This document shows, piece after piece, positions 30,124-52,758 of a stretch of 64,000 nucleotides of DNA. Location of the stretch: NCBI RefSeq assembly GCF_009914755.1, contig NC_060941.1; one strand, given 5' to 3'. The position numbers and the translations under genes are program-made. The DNA is from the human T2T-CHM13v2.0 reference genome, Homo sapiens. Positions within the stretch are counted from its first letter, which is position 1. Every line of letters starts with the position of its first letter. The notes under the pieces were generated by a model. That model was given only the letters and a program-made list of their open reading frames with translations. It did no database searches and was not told the origin of the DNA.

Positions 30124-31344
30124 TCAGTGGTTTTGTTTTTTTGAGATTGAGTCTTGCTCTTTTGCCTAGGCTAGAGGGCAGTGGCACAATCTCGGCGCAA
30201 TCTCGGCTCAGCAACCTCTGACTCCGGAGTTCAAGTGATTCTCCTGCCTCAGCCTCCTGAGTAGCTGGGACTACAGGTGTGTGCCACCATGCTCAGCTAA
30301 TTTTTGTATTTTTAGTAGAGATGGAGTTTCACCATGTTGGCCAGGCTGGTCGCGAACTCCTGACCTCAAGTGATCTATCTGCCTCAGCCTCCCAAAGTGC
30401 TGGGATTACAGGCATGAGCCACCACGCCTGGCCTAATACATTGTTATTAAACACCTATAGTCATTGTGTAGTACTACAGTTATCTTAAATTTATTTCTCC
30501 TATCTTGGCCAACCAAGGTGGCTCAGGCCTGTAATCCCAGAACTTCGGGAGGCCAAGGCAGGAAGATCACTTGAGCTCAAGAGTTCAAGACAAGCCTAGG
30601 CAACATGGCAAGACCCTGTCTCCACAAAAGTAGAAAAAGTAGCCAGGTGCGGTGGTGTGTGCTTGTAGTCCCAGCTACTCAGGAGGCTGAAGTGGGAGGA
30701 TCGCTTGAGCCCAGGAAAGTCGAGGCTGCAATGAGACAAGATTTCCATTGCACTCCAGCCCAGGAAACAGAGTAAGACCTTGTCTAAAAAAAAAAAAAAA
30801 GCAAACAAGCCCACAAGCAGACAAAAAAAAAAAAAATCAAAAAACTTATTCCTCCTATCTAACTAAAAGTGTGTATCCTTTGACCAACAACTCCTCAACC
30901 CCTCTCCCTCCTCCAAACTCTTGGCTTTGAGGTTGGTGTTTTAAAATGAACAGGGATATTTACTAACAGGCCTCTGCCACAGGTCACTTCTGCAGGGAGT
31001 TTATGGCTCAGCAAAAGAGAAAGCTGTCCCTGTGAGAGCCTCTTCTGCTCCAGACACAACTCCAGGTCAGTTAACTAAGTCCTACTTATTCCTTAGTTTG
31101 AAGCCTGGCACTCTGCCTGTAGTATTTTGCACAGAAGATACAGACCTTTCTAAAGAAAGAAGGAAATTCCTCCATCACTCGTTCCCAAACATCCCTACTT
31201 GCCCTCTGTTGAGAACACTAGTCATAGTTTGAATCAAATTCAGGAAAGGAATGGGAGACAGAGACGCTTTCTGAAAAAGATTTTTTTCATTAGGGCAAAC
31301 ACTGTCTGTTTTCCCTTTGGTACCAGGTTTTAAATAAACCCTAG

Positions 31345-31718
<374 letters not shown>

Positions 31719-31745
31719 TGATCTCAAACTCCCGACCTCAGGTGA

Positions 31746-31844
<99 letters not shown>

Positions 31845-32562
31845 TGATACCTTTCATCTTTCATACTAACATCTGTTCTAGTACCTACATGCATCACCTT
31901 AGTGGAAGCTACAGCAGCTGTCTTCAGCAATTTATGGGTACGCACATAAAAAAATTTCCTTAGAAGCCAAGGAGTCCCCCTTACTATTTCTGTGCCGTAA
32001 AGTGGGTTATAGTAACATTCCAGAATATATAACCTGTGTGTGTACCTAAAACTTGATTACTCCAATAAATGAACTCATTTTGTTTCCTGGTGAACCTCAT
32101 AAAAGACAATCCACCCCTTCCCCTGAACACACTCTGTTCTTCTCCCCCTCTCCCTGGGGCATTGGATTAGGGCCTCAGTGACAGGCAAGAATGACATCAC
32201 CAGTTCAAAAACTGCTGCTTTATTTTCTCTTTCTTTATACAACCAATTACCATTTTCACATAATTTGCTCAAGTGTTTATGGCTTTTCTTAATTATTTCA
32301 TAAGGTTCCTTCCTTCTTAGGACACCCAGTTCATGTGTCCATTTTCAGGTCAAGAAACTGAAGCTCAGGGAGTCTCAGCAGGGGGACCAGACATCCAGGC
32401 TACCTTAACACCGTCTGGGTTTCTGACTGTTGTTCTGGCATGAGGTTTGCCTAACTCTGGATATTAAAATTACATGGTTGCTCTAGGTCTAAGTGACAAG
32501 AACCCACCTGAGTGGTAGTGAGCAAGAGTGGCCTCCCAGGTCACTGTTCTTGTTGTTGCACC

Positions 32563-33217
<655 letters not shown>

Positions 33218-33816
33218 ACCCTAAAGAAACAAACACAGAGAGGGACAGAGATCTCACACAGAGACAAATTCACATGGGTCTCTGTTCAAGATCCTGCCTG
33301 AGTCCTTCTACAAAAGTAAGGAAGCTTCTGTGAAGCAAACATTTCCCTTTCTCCCACTAATGGACCCATTTTGTATAGCATGAGTGTTACACTATGGTTT
33401 TATCTAAAACATGGCACTCTGAGAAAAGCAAGATGCAGAAGAGTATACAATGTGCTACCATTTATGTTTAAAAAGAGGGAAGATTTATGTACATCTATTT
33501 TTTAAAATACTACCAGAGGGATATATAAGAAATTGGTAACAGGCTGGGCATGGTGGCTCACGCCTGTAATCCCAACACTGGGAGGCCAAAGTGGACAAAT
33601 TGCTAGAGCCCAGGAGTTCAAGACTAGTGTGGGCAACACGGCAAAGCACTGTCTCTAGAAAAAATACAAAAAATTAGCCAGGTGTGGTGGTGCACACCTC
33701 TAGTCCCAGCTACTCAGAGGGCTGAGGTGGGAGGATCACCTGTTCCCAGGAGGTTGAGACTGCAGTAAGCCATGATTGTGCCACTGCATTCCAGCCTGGG
33801 CAACAGAGTGAGACTA

Positions 33817-34307
<491 letters not shown>

Positions 34308-34614
34308 CTAGGTGGCAGAACAAGACTCTTATCTCCAAAAAAAAAAAAAGTTCCTTTCAGAGTCGGAAGAATAAATAGCTGAACACAGCCACAGCCACAG
34401 CCACAGGTTATCTCCCCTGGATGTCAGCTTTTGTATTTCTCCTCTGTTATTTCATCCTGGCTGTCTAGGCCTTAACCATCTTTGTTCTAGCTAAAGCTGT
34501 GACTGGATCTTTGTTTTATCACCTTTCCTGGATGTGCAAATCCAGTATTTCTACCCAGGTCTGTGAAACTTCAAAGCCTGTGCTCCTGAACATATTATGC
34601 TTCCATTTGCTCTA

Positions 34615-35560
<946 letters not shown>

Positions 35561-35684
35561 ATGAACTAAATTAGAAAATTATCTATTTATAAACGGAAAG
35601 TAACCACACAAGCACAATGGAGTATACAGTACGAATTAGTCATATAAATACAAGTGGTAGCGCAACCATTCTGAGTCAATCTAT

Positions 35685-35690
35685 TTTATT
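35685..35690 (-). terminator. AARSD1: AARSD1 polyadenylation signal AATAAA
   Basis: AATAAA on the minus strand 45 nt after the stop codon, implying a very short 3'UTR. Confidence 0.85.
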
Positions 35691-35735
35691 GACCAAAAGA
35701 TTCCTGTGGAAACAGGAGGTGAGTGCCCTAAGCCC

Positions 35736-35871
35736 TCACTCCTTAGCACTCTGCGTGCTGATGTAGTCCTGGAGAAGCGCCTGCGCCTCCATCCGCCGGC
35801 TCATCTTGGTGGCCTTGCCCTGAAAACGGCCTTTCTTCCCTGCTCCTTTGCCTTCCAGGACCTCAGCCACC
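35736..35871 (-). CDS. AARSD1: AARSD1 exon 12 coding part (VAEVLEGKGAGKKGRFQGK...SAKE*)
   Basis: Acceptor ttccccag|; TGA at 35736-35738; the 12 exons sum to 1239 nt = 412 aa + stop. Confidence 0.96.
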
Positions 35872-35916
35872 CTGGGGAACAGAGGTATAGTCAGGGAGAC
35901 TTTGAGGGAAAAGTCA

Positions 35917-36381
<465 letters not shown>

Positions 36382-36942
36382 CTATGAATTGGGCTAGATA
36401 AATTATGTTAATCTCCAGAGAGCAGGGTGAGCACCTGTAATCCCAGCACTTTGGGAGGGCAAGGCAGGTGGATCACTTGAGGTCAGGAGTTCGAGACCAG
36501 CCTGGCCAACATGGTGAAACCCTATCTGTACTAAAAATACAAAAAATTGGACGGGTATGGTTATGTGCACCTGTAATCCCAGCTACTTGAGTGGCTGAGG
36601 CAGGAAAATTGCTTAAACCTGGGAGGTGGTGGCTGCAGTGAGCTGAGTAGCCTGGGCTCTCCAGGCTGGGCAACAGACTAAGACTCCATCTCAAAAAACA
36701 AAAACAAACACATTTCATAAAAACAAAAACAAAAACATACATGTGAGATGTGGAGCCAAAAGACCTTCAACTGTCAAACTGGAAATGACAGTAGTAATAA
36801 TTATCTCTGCTCAGCCCACCTCACATGCCCATGATGTGAATTAAATGAGATCGCAGATGTGATGGTCCTTTGACTCAGTAAAGGAATGTATTTGTAGGAT
36901 ACAGGCTCTACTACATGTGCAAGAGAGTCCACAAAGAATTAC

Positions 36943-37037
36943 CTGGGCCCCAGGGTCTCCACAGACGCAGGTGGCCCTGCCAGTAAGAAGAGTCCACCAC
37001 CTTTCTCATCGCCCACAGTTAAGAACAGGAGGGTCTC
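36943..37037 (-). CDS. AARSD1: AARSD1 exon 11 (ETLLFLTVGDEKGGG...LGP)
   Basis: Acceptor ctcctag|, donor CAG|gtaatt; 95 nt. Confidence 0.95.
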
Positions 37038-37893
37038 CTAGGAGGTAAGACAAGGAGATAAGCCCTGATACTGAAGGATGTAGAGTCAACCCCCCAAATC
37101 CTGCACTCTCTTCAATCTTAAGAATAGATTATTTCCCCCTAAACCACCAAGTGACGCTCCTGATGAATGATGATACAGCCCCTCCACACTGGCCCACGAG
37201 GGCCAAGAAACTTTTTGAGAGCAACTATGGGAACTTAAGTGAAACATTAAGAAGGCAGCAGAAGACTGCTGATCCTGGCTAAGCAGAAAATGCCTTTCAT
37301 GGTTTCACTCTTGCAAACTTTTCCCCACCACACATCCTTTCCCTGCCACTGCCTAAACCACCAGGTTTCCCTCTGCCTGGCCGCCTCTGCCCCTTGTCTG
37401 TCTGATGACCTCTAAGCAGTCTTCAAGGGCCCCTCCCCTGAAACCTCCCTATCCTTCAGGTAATGTGCTCCTCCACCTCTAGCATTCATCACTCTATCAT
37501 TCTGAATTATAAATGTCGACATACATATTTGTCTCCCAGACTAGAATATGAGCTTCTTGAGAATCAGTTCTGTCTATACAGAAGAATTATGAAAAGAGAG
37601 ATACACAATGCTTTACCCACAGTAGGCATTCCAAAGAAGGGTTCTGGAGTAAATACAAAAGAGATAGTGGGGCATGGTGGCTCATGCTTGCAGTCCCAAC
37701 TACTCAGGAGGCTGACGTGGGAGGACTGCTTGAGCCCAGGAGTTCAAGACTGCAGTGAGCCATAATCACGCCACTGTACTCCAGCCTGGGTGACAGAGCA
37801 AGACTCTGTCTCTGAAAAAAACAAACAAACAAACAAACAAACAAAAGACCTGGAAATCTCTAGGCTAGAGACCATAAGGAGTGGGAAGAGTAA

Positions 37894-38422
<529 letters not shown>

Positions 38423-38866
38423 TGATTTTTCTATTTTTAGTAGAGATGGGGTTTCACCATGTTGGCTAGGCTGGTCTCCTGATCTTAAGTGATCCACCCA
38501 CCTTGGCCTCCCAAAGTGCTGGGATTACATGCGTGAGCCACCGCGACCAGCCCACTGATATATTTCTAATATTGGATCCCCAGCACACATAAACCTGAAT
38601 GGCTTTGAGGAGCTAGAGCTCTGATGAAAGGAGCTCAGAAGCTAATAAACATCACAGCCCCAGAGAGAGCAATAACATAGATCTAGCTCAACACCTAAAA
38701 CAGAGCTTGGCATATAGCTAGTACTAAGAAAACAGTATTGAATGAATGGCTATTTCCTCCTCCTCATGTGTTCATGTGGAGGGACTTTGGCTAAACTAGC
38801 GCCCCTCACTTATGTCTCCCTAGGTCTCTATCCAGGCCGGGGTAGAGAATCTCATGCTCCTCTTAC

Positions 38867-38921
38867 CTCTGACCCAATCTCATTGGCAATGATATTCATG
38901 AACTCTGAATCACCCTCCTTC
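38867..38921 (-). CDS. AARSD1: AARSD1 exon 10 (KEGDSEFMNIIANEIGSE)
   Basis: Acceptor ttgttgtag|, donor GAG|gtaaga; 55 nt. Confidence 0.95.
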
Positions 38922-39596
38922 CTACAACAAAGGACACAGACATGAGACCCAGGTTGGAGTGGTGGCTGTGAAACTGCAGGAAGCCTGGCCCCTCCTTCTG
39001 AGGCTGGCCTTGCTGCCTATGTACACATAAAGTCCCATATCCCTTAGCCAAGAGAGAGTACTGGCTGAAAGCCAGCAAGCTGCCCTTCTCAGCCTCTGCA
39101 GTTTGTAATCAACCTCCAGGTTTGTTTCCATCTCCCTTAAATAGGATTCACCAGGATAAGCAGAAATCTGTTAGAGAGTAAAGGAGGTAGGGGACAGTCC
39201 TAAAGAAAGACACAGGCTGGACACAGTGGCTCACACCTGTAATCTCAGCACTTTGGGAGGCCAAGGTGGGCAGATTGCTTGAGGTCAGGAGTTCAAAACC
39301 AGCCTGGCCAACATGGGGAAACCCCAGCTCTACCAAAAATACAAAAGTTAGCCTGGTGTGGTGGCACATGCCTGTGATCCCCCAGCTACTTGGGAGGCTG
39401 AAGCACGAGAACCGCTTGAACCCAGGAGGCACAGGTTACACTGAGCCGAGATCATGCCACTGCACTCCAGACACACTAAGACTCCATCTCAAAAAAAACA
39501 CAAAAAACAAAAGATACAGAGTTACAGTAAATATGTTAATATCAAACCCAGGAGGCCTGGTATGTAACATATTTCTTTTTTTTTTTATATTTTTGA

Positions 39597-39701
<105 letters not shown>

Positions 39702-40018
39702 TGAGTAGCTGGGACTACAGGCGCGTACTACCATGCCTAGCTAATTTTTGTACTTTTAGTAGAGAAGGGGTTTCACCATGCTGGCCAGGCTGGTTTCGAA
39801 CTCCTGACCTTGTGATCCACCCGCCTCAGCCTCCCAAAGTGCTGGGATTACAGGCGTGAGCCACCGCGCCCGGCCAGTAACATATTTCTTAGGATCTACT
39901 CAACCTTGAGAATACCAGTGAGCAATCCACCTCCCACTGTACATTGCATATAGAGAAGACACTGAGCCCTAAGCCCAACACAGTTCCCCTTCCTTGTGTC
40001 CAGCTCCTAATTTCTCAC

Positions 40019-40110
40019 CTGTGTAATATGACCACACCTCCCCAGTCTGGACTGTTCCTGAGGCTATGGGCAATGTGCACAGCCAGGTCTCTGAGCAGAT
40101 TCAGGTTATT
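40019..40110 (-). CDS. AARSD1: AARSD1 exon 9 (NNLNLLRDLA...VVILH)
   Basis: Acceptor atttcag|, donor CAG|gtgaga; 92 nt. Confidence 0.95.
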
Positions 40111-40300
40111 CTGAAATGGATATGGTAACTCAGTAGATAAATGGAAAGGATAACAATAGAGAGTATCAGCTTCCCTCCACCTCATTCTCCCCTCACTCCC
40201 ACTTTGACAAACTACACATCTGTTTAGGCAGAAGACCAAGTCTGCAGAGCCTATCCTAGGCAGGGCCCATGCCCTCTCTACCCTCCATGGAATAAATCAC

Positions 40301-40367
40301 CTTCTGCAGGATCTTGGTGGAGTTCTGGAGCTTTTTCACTGCTTCCACATGATCCTCTGCTCCACAC
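40301..40367 (-). CDS. AARSD1: AARSD1 exon 8 (CGAEDHVEAVKKLQNSTKILQK)
   Basis: Acceptor ctttcag|, donor AAG|gtgatt; 67 nt. Confidence 0.95.
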
Positions 40368-40537
40368 CTGAAAGAGAAAGGTCAGAGGAGACCTGCGCAG
40401 CTTCCCAGTCGTTTCTGATGTTGGGGACATAAATCAATAATTTCCTTCTTGCTATGGTGCCTCCCTGCAGTCAGGGACCAGGAGATATTCTGAGGAGGTC
40501 TCTTAGGCAACTGGGAGAAAACATACAAAGGAATTAA

Positions 40538-40790
<253 letters not shown>

Positions 40791-40985
40791 TAGCCAGGAA
40801 GGTCTTGATCTCCTGACCTCGTGATCCGCCCGCCTCGGCCTCCCAAAGTGCTGGGATTACAGACGTGGGCCACCACGCCTGGCCGCACTTTATCATTTAC
40901 GATTGCATCTTATCTCCCAGAGGTAAGAGATTATGTCGAAAATCTCAGAAATGGGAGGTAATCGAAGGTACTGAAACAGGCATAC

Positions 40986-41116
40986 TTAAGCAGAGCAGTC
41001 AGTGCTTTTTCAGTTCCATGACTTCTCTCCATCCACTTCAGCACCCGGTTCCCAGACAGAAATATCAGGTTGGTTCTGTTCTTTTTCCCCTTCTCAGTGC
41101 CCAGAATCTTAATGAC
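40986..41116 (-). CDS. AARSD1: AARSD1 exon 7 (VIKILGTEKGKK...ALTALL)
   Basis: Acceptor catgtag|, donor TAA|gtatgc; 131 nt. Confidence 0.95.
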
Positions 41117-41293
41117 CTACATGAGGCAAGGGGGTAACACACACACACACGTGTGCACATGCATAAACCACAGCGGATCCTAGAACCTGAAGGCAGGAGA
41201 AACCTATCTGTTCCTCAGCTCTGAAACAGTGAAGGGGAGATTTCACTTAGGACTCCTCGATTATCCCCCTCTCCCACTCCCAGCCCCATGTGA

Positions 41294-42113
<820 letters not shown>

Positions 42114-42286
42114 CTTTTTTTTTTTTTTTTTTTAAGACAAGCTCGCTGTCACCCATGCTGCCATTTGGTGGCAATCACAGCTCACCACAGCCTTAATCTC
42201 CCCGGCTCAAGCAATTCTCCCACCTCCGCCTCCCTCCCAGTGCTGGGATGGGCCTGCCTACAGTTAGTCTTATGCCTCCCACTCAC

Positions 42287-42344
42287 CATGATGTTGTCTT
42301 CAGCTTAAATAGATGGTCAGCAACTGCCGTGATGAGATGCTGCC
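42287..42344 (-). CDS. AARSD1: AARSD1 exon 4 (GQHLITAVADHLFKLKTTSW)
   Basis: Acceptor ttgcttag|, donor ATG|gtgagt; 58 nt; completes HSGQH (H113). Confidence 0.96.
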
Positions 42345-42439
42345 CTAAGCAAAGAGAGCCAGAGACAGGAGAAAAGTGAGAAGCCTACATACTCCCACAA
42401 TGATAAAATATGAGCTACAATGATAAAAGCACAGAAATT

Positions 42440-43350
42440 CTCCTTGTTGAAGACCTGCTAAGCACTGGGTAATACACTTTAGATACTTTATTGAAAATCA
42501 CAATGAGAATTCTGCAAGAGGCCTTATGATACCATTTCACAGATGAGGAAACTGAAGCCTAGAGAGATCAAATAACTTGCCATGGCAATGTAACTTATAA
42601 GGGGCTGGACTTGAACTTAACTTCCTTTTTTTTTTTTTTTTTTTTTTTTTTGAGACAGTCTCATTCTGTTGCCCAGGCTGGAGTGCAGGGGCTCACTGCA
42701 GCCTCCGCCTCCCAGGATCAAGCAATTCTCGTGCCTCAGCCTCCTGAGTTGCTGGGATTATAGACGTGCATCACCGTGCCCGGCTAATTTTTCTACTTTT
42801 AGTAGAGATGGGGTTTCCCCACGTTGGCCAAGCTGGTCTTGAACTCTTGACCTCAAGTGATCCACCTGCCTTGGCCTCCCAAAATGCTGGGATTACAGGT
42901 GTGAGCCACTGTGCCCAGTGAACTTAAGTTCCAATATGCAGCATTCATCCATTCAACAAGTATTTATTGAGTACCTACCAAATGCAAGGCACAGGGCTTG
43001 ACATAAGAGATACAGCAGCATCCCTGATTGACAAGAGTGATGATGAGGAGAAAGAAGAGGAAGAGGAGGAGGAAGAAAAGGAGAAAGAGGAGGAACTATC
43101 AAGGAAGAGGGAACAAGACAGCCAAAGGCCTTAAGGAAGAAAGAAGTAGCGCATGTCAAAGGAATCCAGAGATGACAAGCAAGGCCAGGATGCAGCCAGC
43201 AAGAGGTCAAGGGACACCAGATGAGGCTACAGCAGTAGACAAGAGCCACCCAGATACAGCTTGTATGCCATGGTAAAAAGTTTGGCTTTACACGAAGACC
43301 TACAGGAAGCCTCTGAAGAGCTTTAAGCAGAGGAGTGACATAATATTTTC
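42440..43350. mobile_element. MIR (minus) plus L2 fragments in AARSD1 intron 3
   Basis: CCATTTCACAGATGAGGAAACTGAAGC (MIR core); CATTCAACAAGTATTTATTGAGTACCTAC (L2 end). Confidence 0.7.
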
Positions 43351-43369
43351 ATTTTTTAAAATTTATTTC

Positions 43370-46011
<2,642 letters not shown>

Positions 46012-46339
46012 CTAATGAAAGACCAGGAGGGAGGGGAAGGCTTTTTGTTTCATTTTGGACATTTTGAGTTTGAAAAGGCTGTGAGACATCCAGATGGAGA
46101 TATCGAGTGGGAAGTTGATAATACCTAAATCCAGCAGTTATTCTAATACTTTTTTTTACTTCAGTTGTTCATGTTGCTGTTATAACATTTAGGATATCCT
46201 TCCTGAATTACAGCTGATTCTGAATAGTCTGTCTTTTCCAAAAGGTTAACTCCTAGAGAACCCAACTACGTCTCAGTCATCACAGCATCCCCATACATGG
46301 CAACTGCTCCGGTGTTATGTCCCCCATCCCAGCCTTTAC

Positions 46340-46499
46340 CTGAATGCTGCTGCATGTGGTCAAACCTCCGCTCCCAATCTACCCGGACCAGAACCTGGCT
46401 TCCTGGATCCAGGGGTGTCTGGGTGAAATGATCAGCCTGTTCCCCACGGCGAGTCACTCTCAGCACAGAGATGTCATTGATTGTACCACGGTCATCAGG
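46340..46499 (-). CDS. AARSD1: AARSD1 exon 3 (PDDRG...DHMQQHS)
   Basis: Acceptor ttccaccag|, donor TCAG|gtaaag; 160 nt; first His (H109) of the HxxxH zinc motif. Confidence 0.97.
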
Positions 46500-47017
46500 C
46501 TGGTGGAAATAAGTAAACGTAATCAATGGCAAGGCAGGGCTCACCCTAACTTCTAGGTACAAAGACCCTCTAGGGTGAGAGACCCAGAATCTGGGCTCCC
46601 TAAGGGAGAGGGAGAAAGCAATGCCAAGTGAAATGAGTCCACTTTGTTCCATGAGAGGATTCTCAGTCCTTTTGATTCTAAACACCTATGTGTTGTGATC
46701 TTCAGAATAACAGAATTAAAGAGATTGTAACTACAGCAACAAAAATTTTAGTAAAACCCGAAGAATCTTAATCCTCAACTCTCCTTGCCTTAGTCTAGAT
46801 TCTTTTGTAGTCTCTAAAATGATCTGATTTTTCCTCCCTCCCTCCACTCCATCCTCTTGCAGTGGTATTAGAATTAGATTCAAAAATGTTCATTTAGGCT
46901 GGGCATGGTAGCTTATTCCTGTAATCCCACCACTTTGGGAGACCAAGGCAGGAGGATCGCTTGAGATCAGACTGGACAACACAGTGAGACCCCACCTCTA
47001 TGAAAAATAAAAAATTA

Positions 47018-47152
<135 letters not shown>

Positions 47153-47230
47153 TTAAAAAAAAAAAAGGGCCAGGTACAGTGGCTCACACCTGTAATCCCA
47201 GTACTTTGGAAGGCCGAGGTGGGCGGATCA

Positions 47231-47470
<240 letters not shown>

Positions 47471-48599
47471 TCATTTTAAAACATTTCAAGTGCCAACTGC
47501 TTACAAAAGACTGTGCCAGCCCAAGAATACAATGTAAACAAGATATGGTACCTCATGGAACTTAAGAGTCTAGAGAACAGAGGCTGGAAAACAGACAATT
47601 GCAATATGACCTATAACATGCCATAATATGAAAAAGTATATGACGCTAGAGAACCTCAAAGGAAAGAGACCTAACAGTCTTGGGGAATCAAAAAAAGACT
47701 TCCTGAAAGAAATGCTGTCTAAAATGAGACCTTCTATGGATACTTGAGGTCACAGGTTTTCCTTCAGCAGATCAGGGAAATCTTCATACTGGGAAAATCA
47801 CCATAATAATGACTGATATGAAATTGGAACTCTCTCAATACCAAGTCTACTGAACATGTTCTCTCATGTCACTTATTTGCTTAAGAACCTGAGTGGAGGC
47901 CAGGGCAGTGGCTCACACCTGTAGGCCCAGCCTTTGGGAGGCCAAGGTGGGAGGACTGTTTGAGGCCAGGAGCTCAAGATCAGCCTGGGCAATAAAGTGA
48001 GACCTCATCTCTACAAAAAAGCAGCCAAGCATGTTGGTTGTGCGCCTGTAGTCCCCACTACTGGAGAGGCTAAAACAGGAGGATTGCTTGAGCCTGGGAG
48101 TTCGAGGCTGCAGTGAGCTAGATCAGGCCACTGCACTCCAGCCTGGGTGACATAGCAAGATCCTGTCTCTTAAAAATAAAAAAGAAAGAAAATAACCTGC
48201 ATGGTTCGCTGCCCACACACCTTAATACACCTTTTTTTTTTCTTTTGAGACGGAGTCTTGTTCTGTCCCCCACGCTGAAGTGCAGTGGCACAATCTTGGC
48301 TCACTGCAACTTCAGCCTCCCGGTTCAAGTGATTCTCATGCCTCAGCCTCCCGAGTAGCTGGGACTACAGGCGCCTGCCAGTATGCCTGGTTAATTTTTG
48401 TATTTTTAGTAGAGACAAGGTTTCATCATGTTGGTCAGGCTACTTGGGAGGCTGAGACAGGAGAATCACTTGAACCCAGGAGGCGGAGGTTGCAGAGCTG
48501 AGATCATGCCACTGCACTTCAGCCTGATGACAGCGAGAGATTCTGTCTCAAAAAAAAAAAGAAAGAAAGAAAGAAAAGAAAAGAAAGAAAAGCCTTTCT

Positions 48600-49140
48600 C
48601 ATAATGCCCACCTTTGGTGTTATTATCCTCCTCTTCCATCTTCACAATGTACCTCACTTGCGCTCATGTTGTACCTAGTCCTCATCACAGCACTGATAAA
48701 TATGCTCTCTGCTGTACTACTGTAACCCGTCTATCTCACCTGAACTCCTTCAGGAACATCTTTTTCAGTTCCTAACACCCGAAGCTAATTCCTTCCTTGG
48801 GGCCTTTGCACCTGCTATTCTACCTGCCTGAATACTCCCTCTGCCCCCCAGCACCACTAGATAATTGCAAAGACTCACCCCCTCACTTCGTTTAGGTCTC
48901 TACTGAAATAACTTACCCTTCATCTAGACAAGCATCCCATCACTCTCTTTCCCTTTACTTGGTTTTTGTTTATTACTTATTATACCTAGCACACACAGTT
49001 GTCTTCAATAAACATTCCACGTATATAAAGGCACTGTGTTGTTCACCGGTTATCCTTACAGCCTGGAATAATATCTAGCATATGTTATGTCTAGATAAGC
49101 AATTGCTGATAAATACTCATTAAATGAATAACAAAATGAA
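48600..49140. mobile_element. L2 fragment in AARSD1 intron 2
   Basis: GGGCCTTTGCACCTGCTATTCTACCTGCCTGAATAC...AATAAACATT...AAATGAATAA. Confidence 0.65.
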
Positions 49141-49252
49141 TTAAACTAAAGCTCATCTGAATTCATTATGGCTGAGAAAAAAGGGGCAGGAGAGCATTTC
49201 GGCCTGAGCACAAAGAAACTGGGGGCTTCCTGGGAAGAGATCGTTTTGGTAC

Positions 49253-49384
49253 CTGTCCCCCGCCCTCAGGGAAAAGCACTGTGTCTTCCAGCACCACTTG
49301 GAAACCGCTCAGCACTTCTTTCTTGCCGTTGCTCCCTTCAGTCTGCAGCTCCGCGGGACAGCAAGAGACCACGGTGGTGGTGAA
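49253..49384 (-). CDS. AARSD1: AARSD1 exon 2 (FTTTVVSCC...LFPEGGGQ)
   Basis: Acceptor ctctgttcag|TTC, donor CAG|gtacc; 132 nt, phase 0/0; AlaX/AlaRS 'DTVLFPEGGGQ' motif. Confidence 0.97.
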
Positions 49385-49542
49385 CTGAACAGAGAGGAAT
49401 GAGAGAATAAGCCCCGACCCCAGCCCTAGCCCTCTCCACACCAGGACAGAATGCCATGTTGGCACTCCCTACACGTGGCGCCCTCTTCCCCAAACCGCCT
49501 TGCCGGCCCGGCAGTCTCAAGTGCCTCGCCGTGACGCCGTAC

Positions 49543-49581
49543 CTCTCGGGCATAACTGTCACGCTGACACCAGAACGCCAT
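49543..49581 (-). CDS. AARSD1: AARSD1 coding exon 1 (MAFWCQRDSYARE)
   Basis: ATG at 49581 in context GCAGGTATGG; 39 nt; donor GAG|gtacgg; lies in a CpG island; matches the recalled AARSD1 N-terminus. Confidence 0.95.
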
Positions 49582-49974
49582 ACCTGCAGGCGTGTGAGGA
49601 GGCGCACGCGCAGAGAAGCCTGGGAGCGAACGGAGAGCGACGTGGGACAAACGTCATCAAGGGCGCTTGTCTGCGCAGAAGCAGGAGGTTAAGGAATGGA
49701 ATGCGGTTTGGATAAATTTACTGAAAACGCGAATTGCATATTTGCTGGGTTGTTTAACGACTGTTCTAAGGCTTTACAAAGGACAAGACCAGGAGGAAAA
49801 AAACAAACAAACAAAAACAAAAAAACGCGACCTGGACAAGGCACGTAGTTTAGTGAGCCCCTTGGGGCCCCAGGGATGTAAGTATTCTGGCTGCGGAATC
49901 CCAGCGCATAGAGGCGGGGACGGGACTGGCATGGTTACTGAGCAGCACTGCCCAGTAGAAATAGAAAGCAAGGA

Positions 49975-51930
<1,956 letters not shown>

Positions 51931-52249
51931 ACACAGACACACACAACACATCTGCTAATTAAGTTTTAACATACTGCATGTAAGTAATATATACTATATG
52001 TTTATGTTCCATGTTATATATTGTTTTGTATGTTATATAATTATACCTTAGAACTACATAGTATAAAATAAATTATAGGTATTATAGTATTTATAATGCA
52101 GTATGGGGCCAGGGATGGTGGCTCAGGCCTGTAATCCCAGCACTTTGGGAGGCTGAGGAAGGAGGCTTAAGGCCAGGAGTTTGAGAGCAGCCTGGGCAAC
52201 AAGCAAATCTTTACAAAAAAATAGTTTGTCGTAAAGACAAGGTCTTTAC

Positions 52250-52758
<509 letters not shown>

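Larger units (their letters stand above)
49240..49930 (-). promoter_or_regulatory. AARSD1: AARSD1 CpG-island promoter
   Basis: High CpG density around exons 1-2; NRF1-like TGCGCGTGCGC (49602-49612); CRE-like TGACGT (49651-49656); GC box GAGGCGGGG (~49911); E-box CACGTG (49472-49477); no obvious TATA box. Confidence 0.8.
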
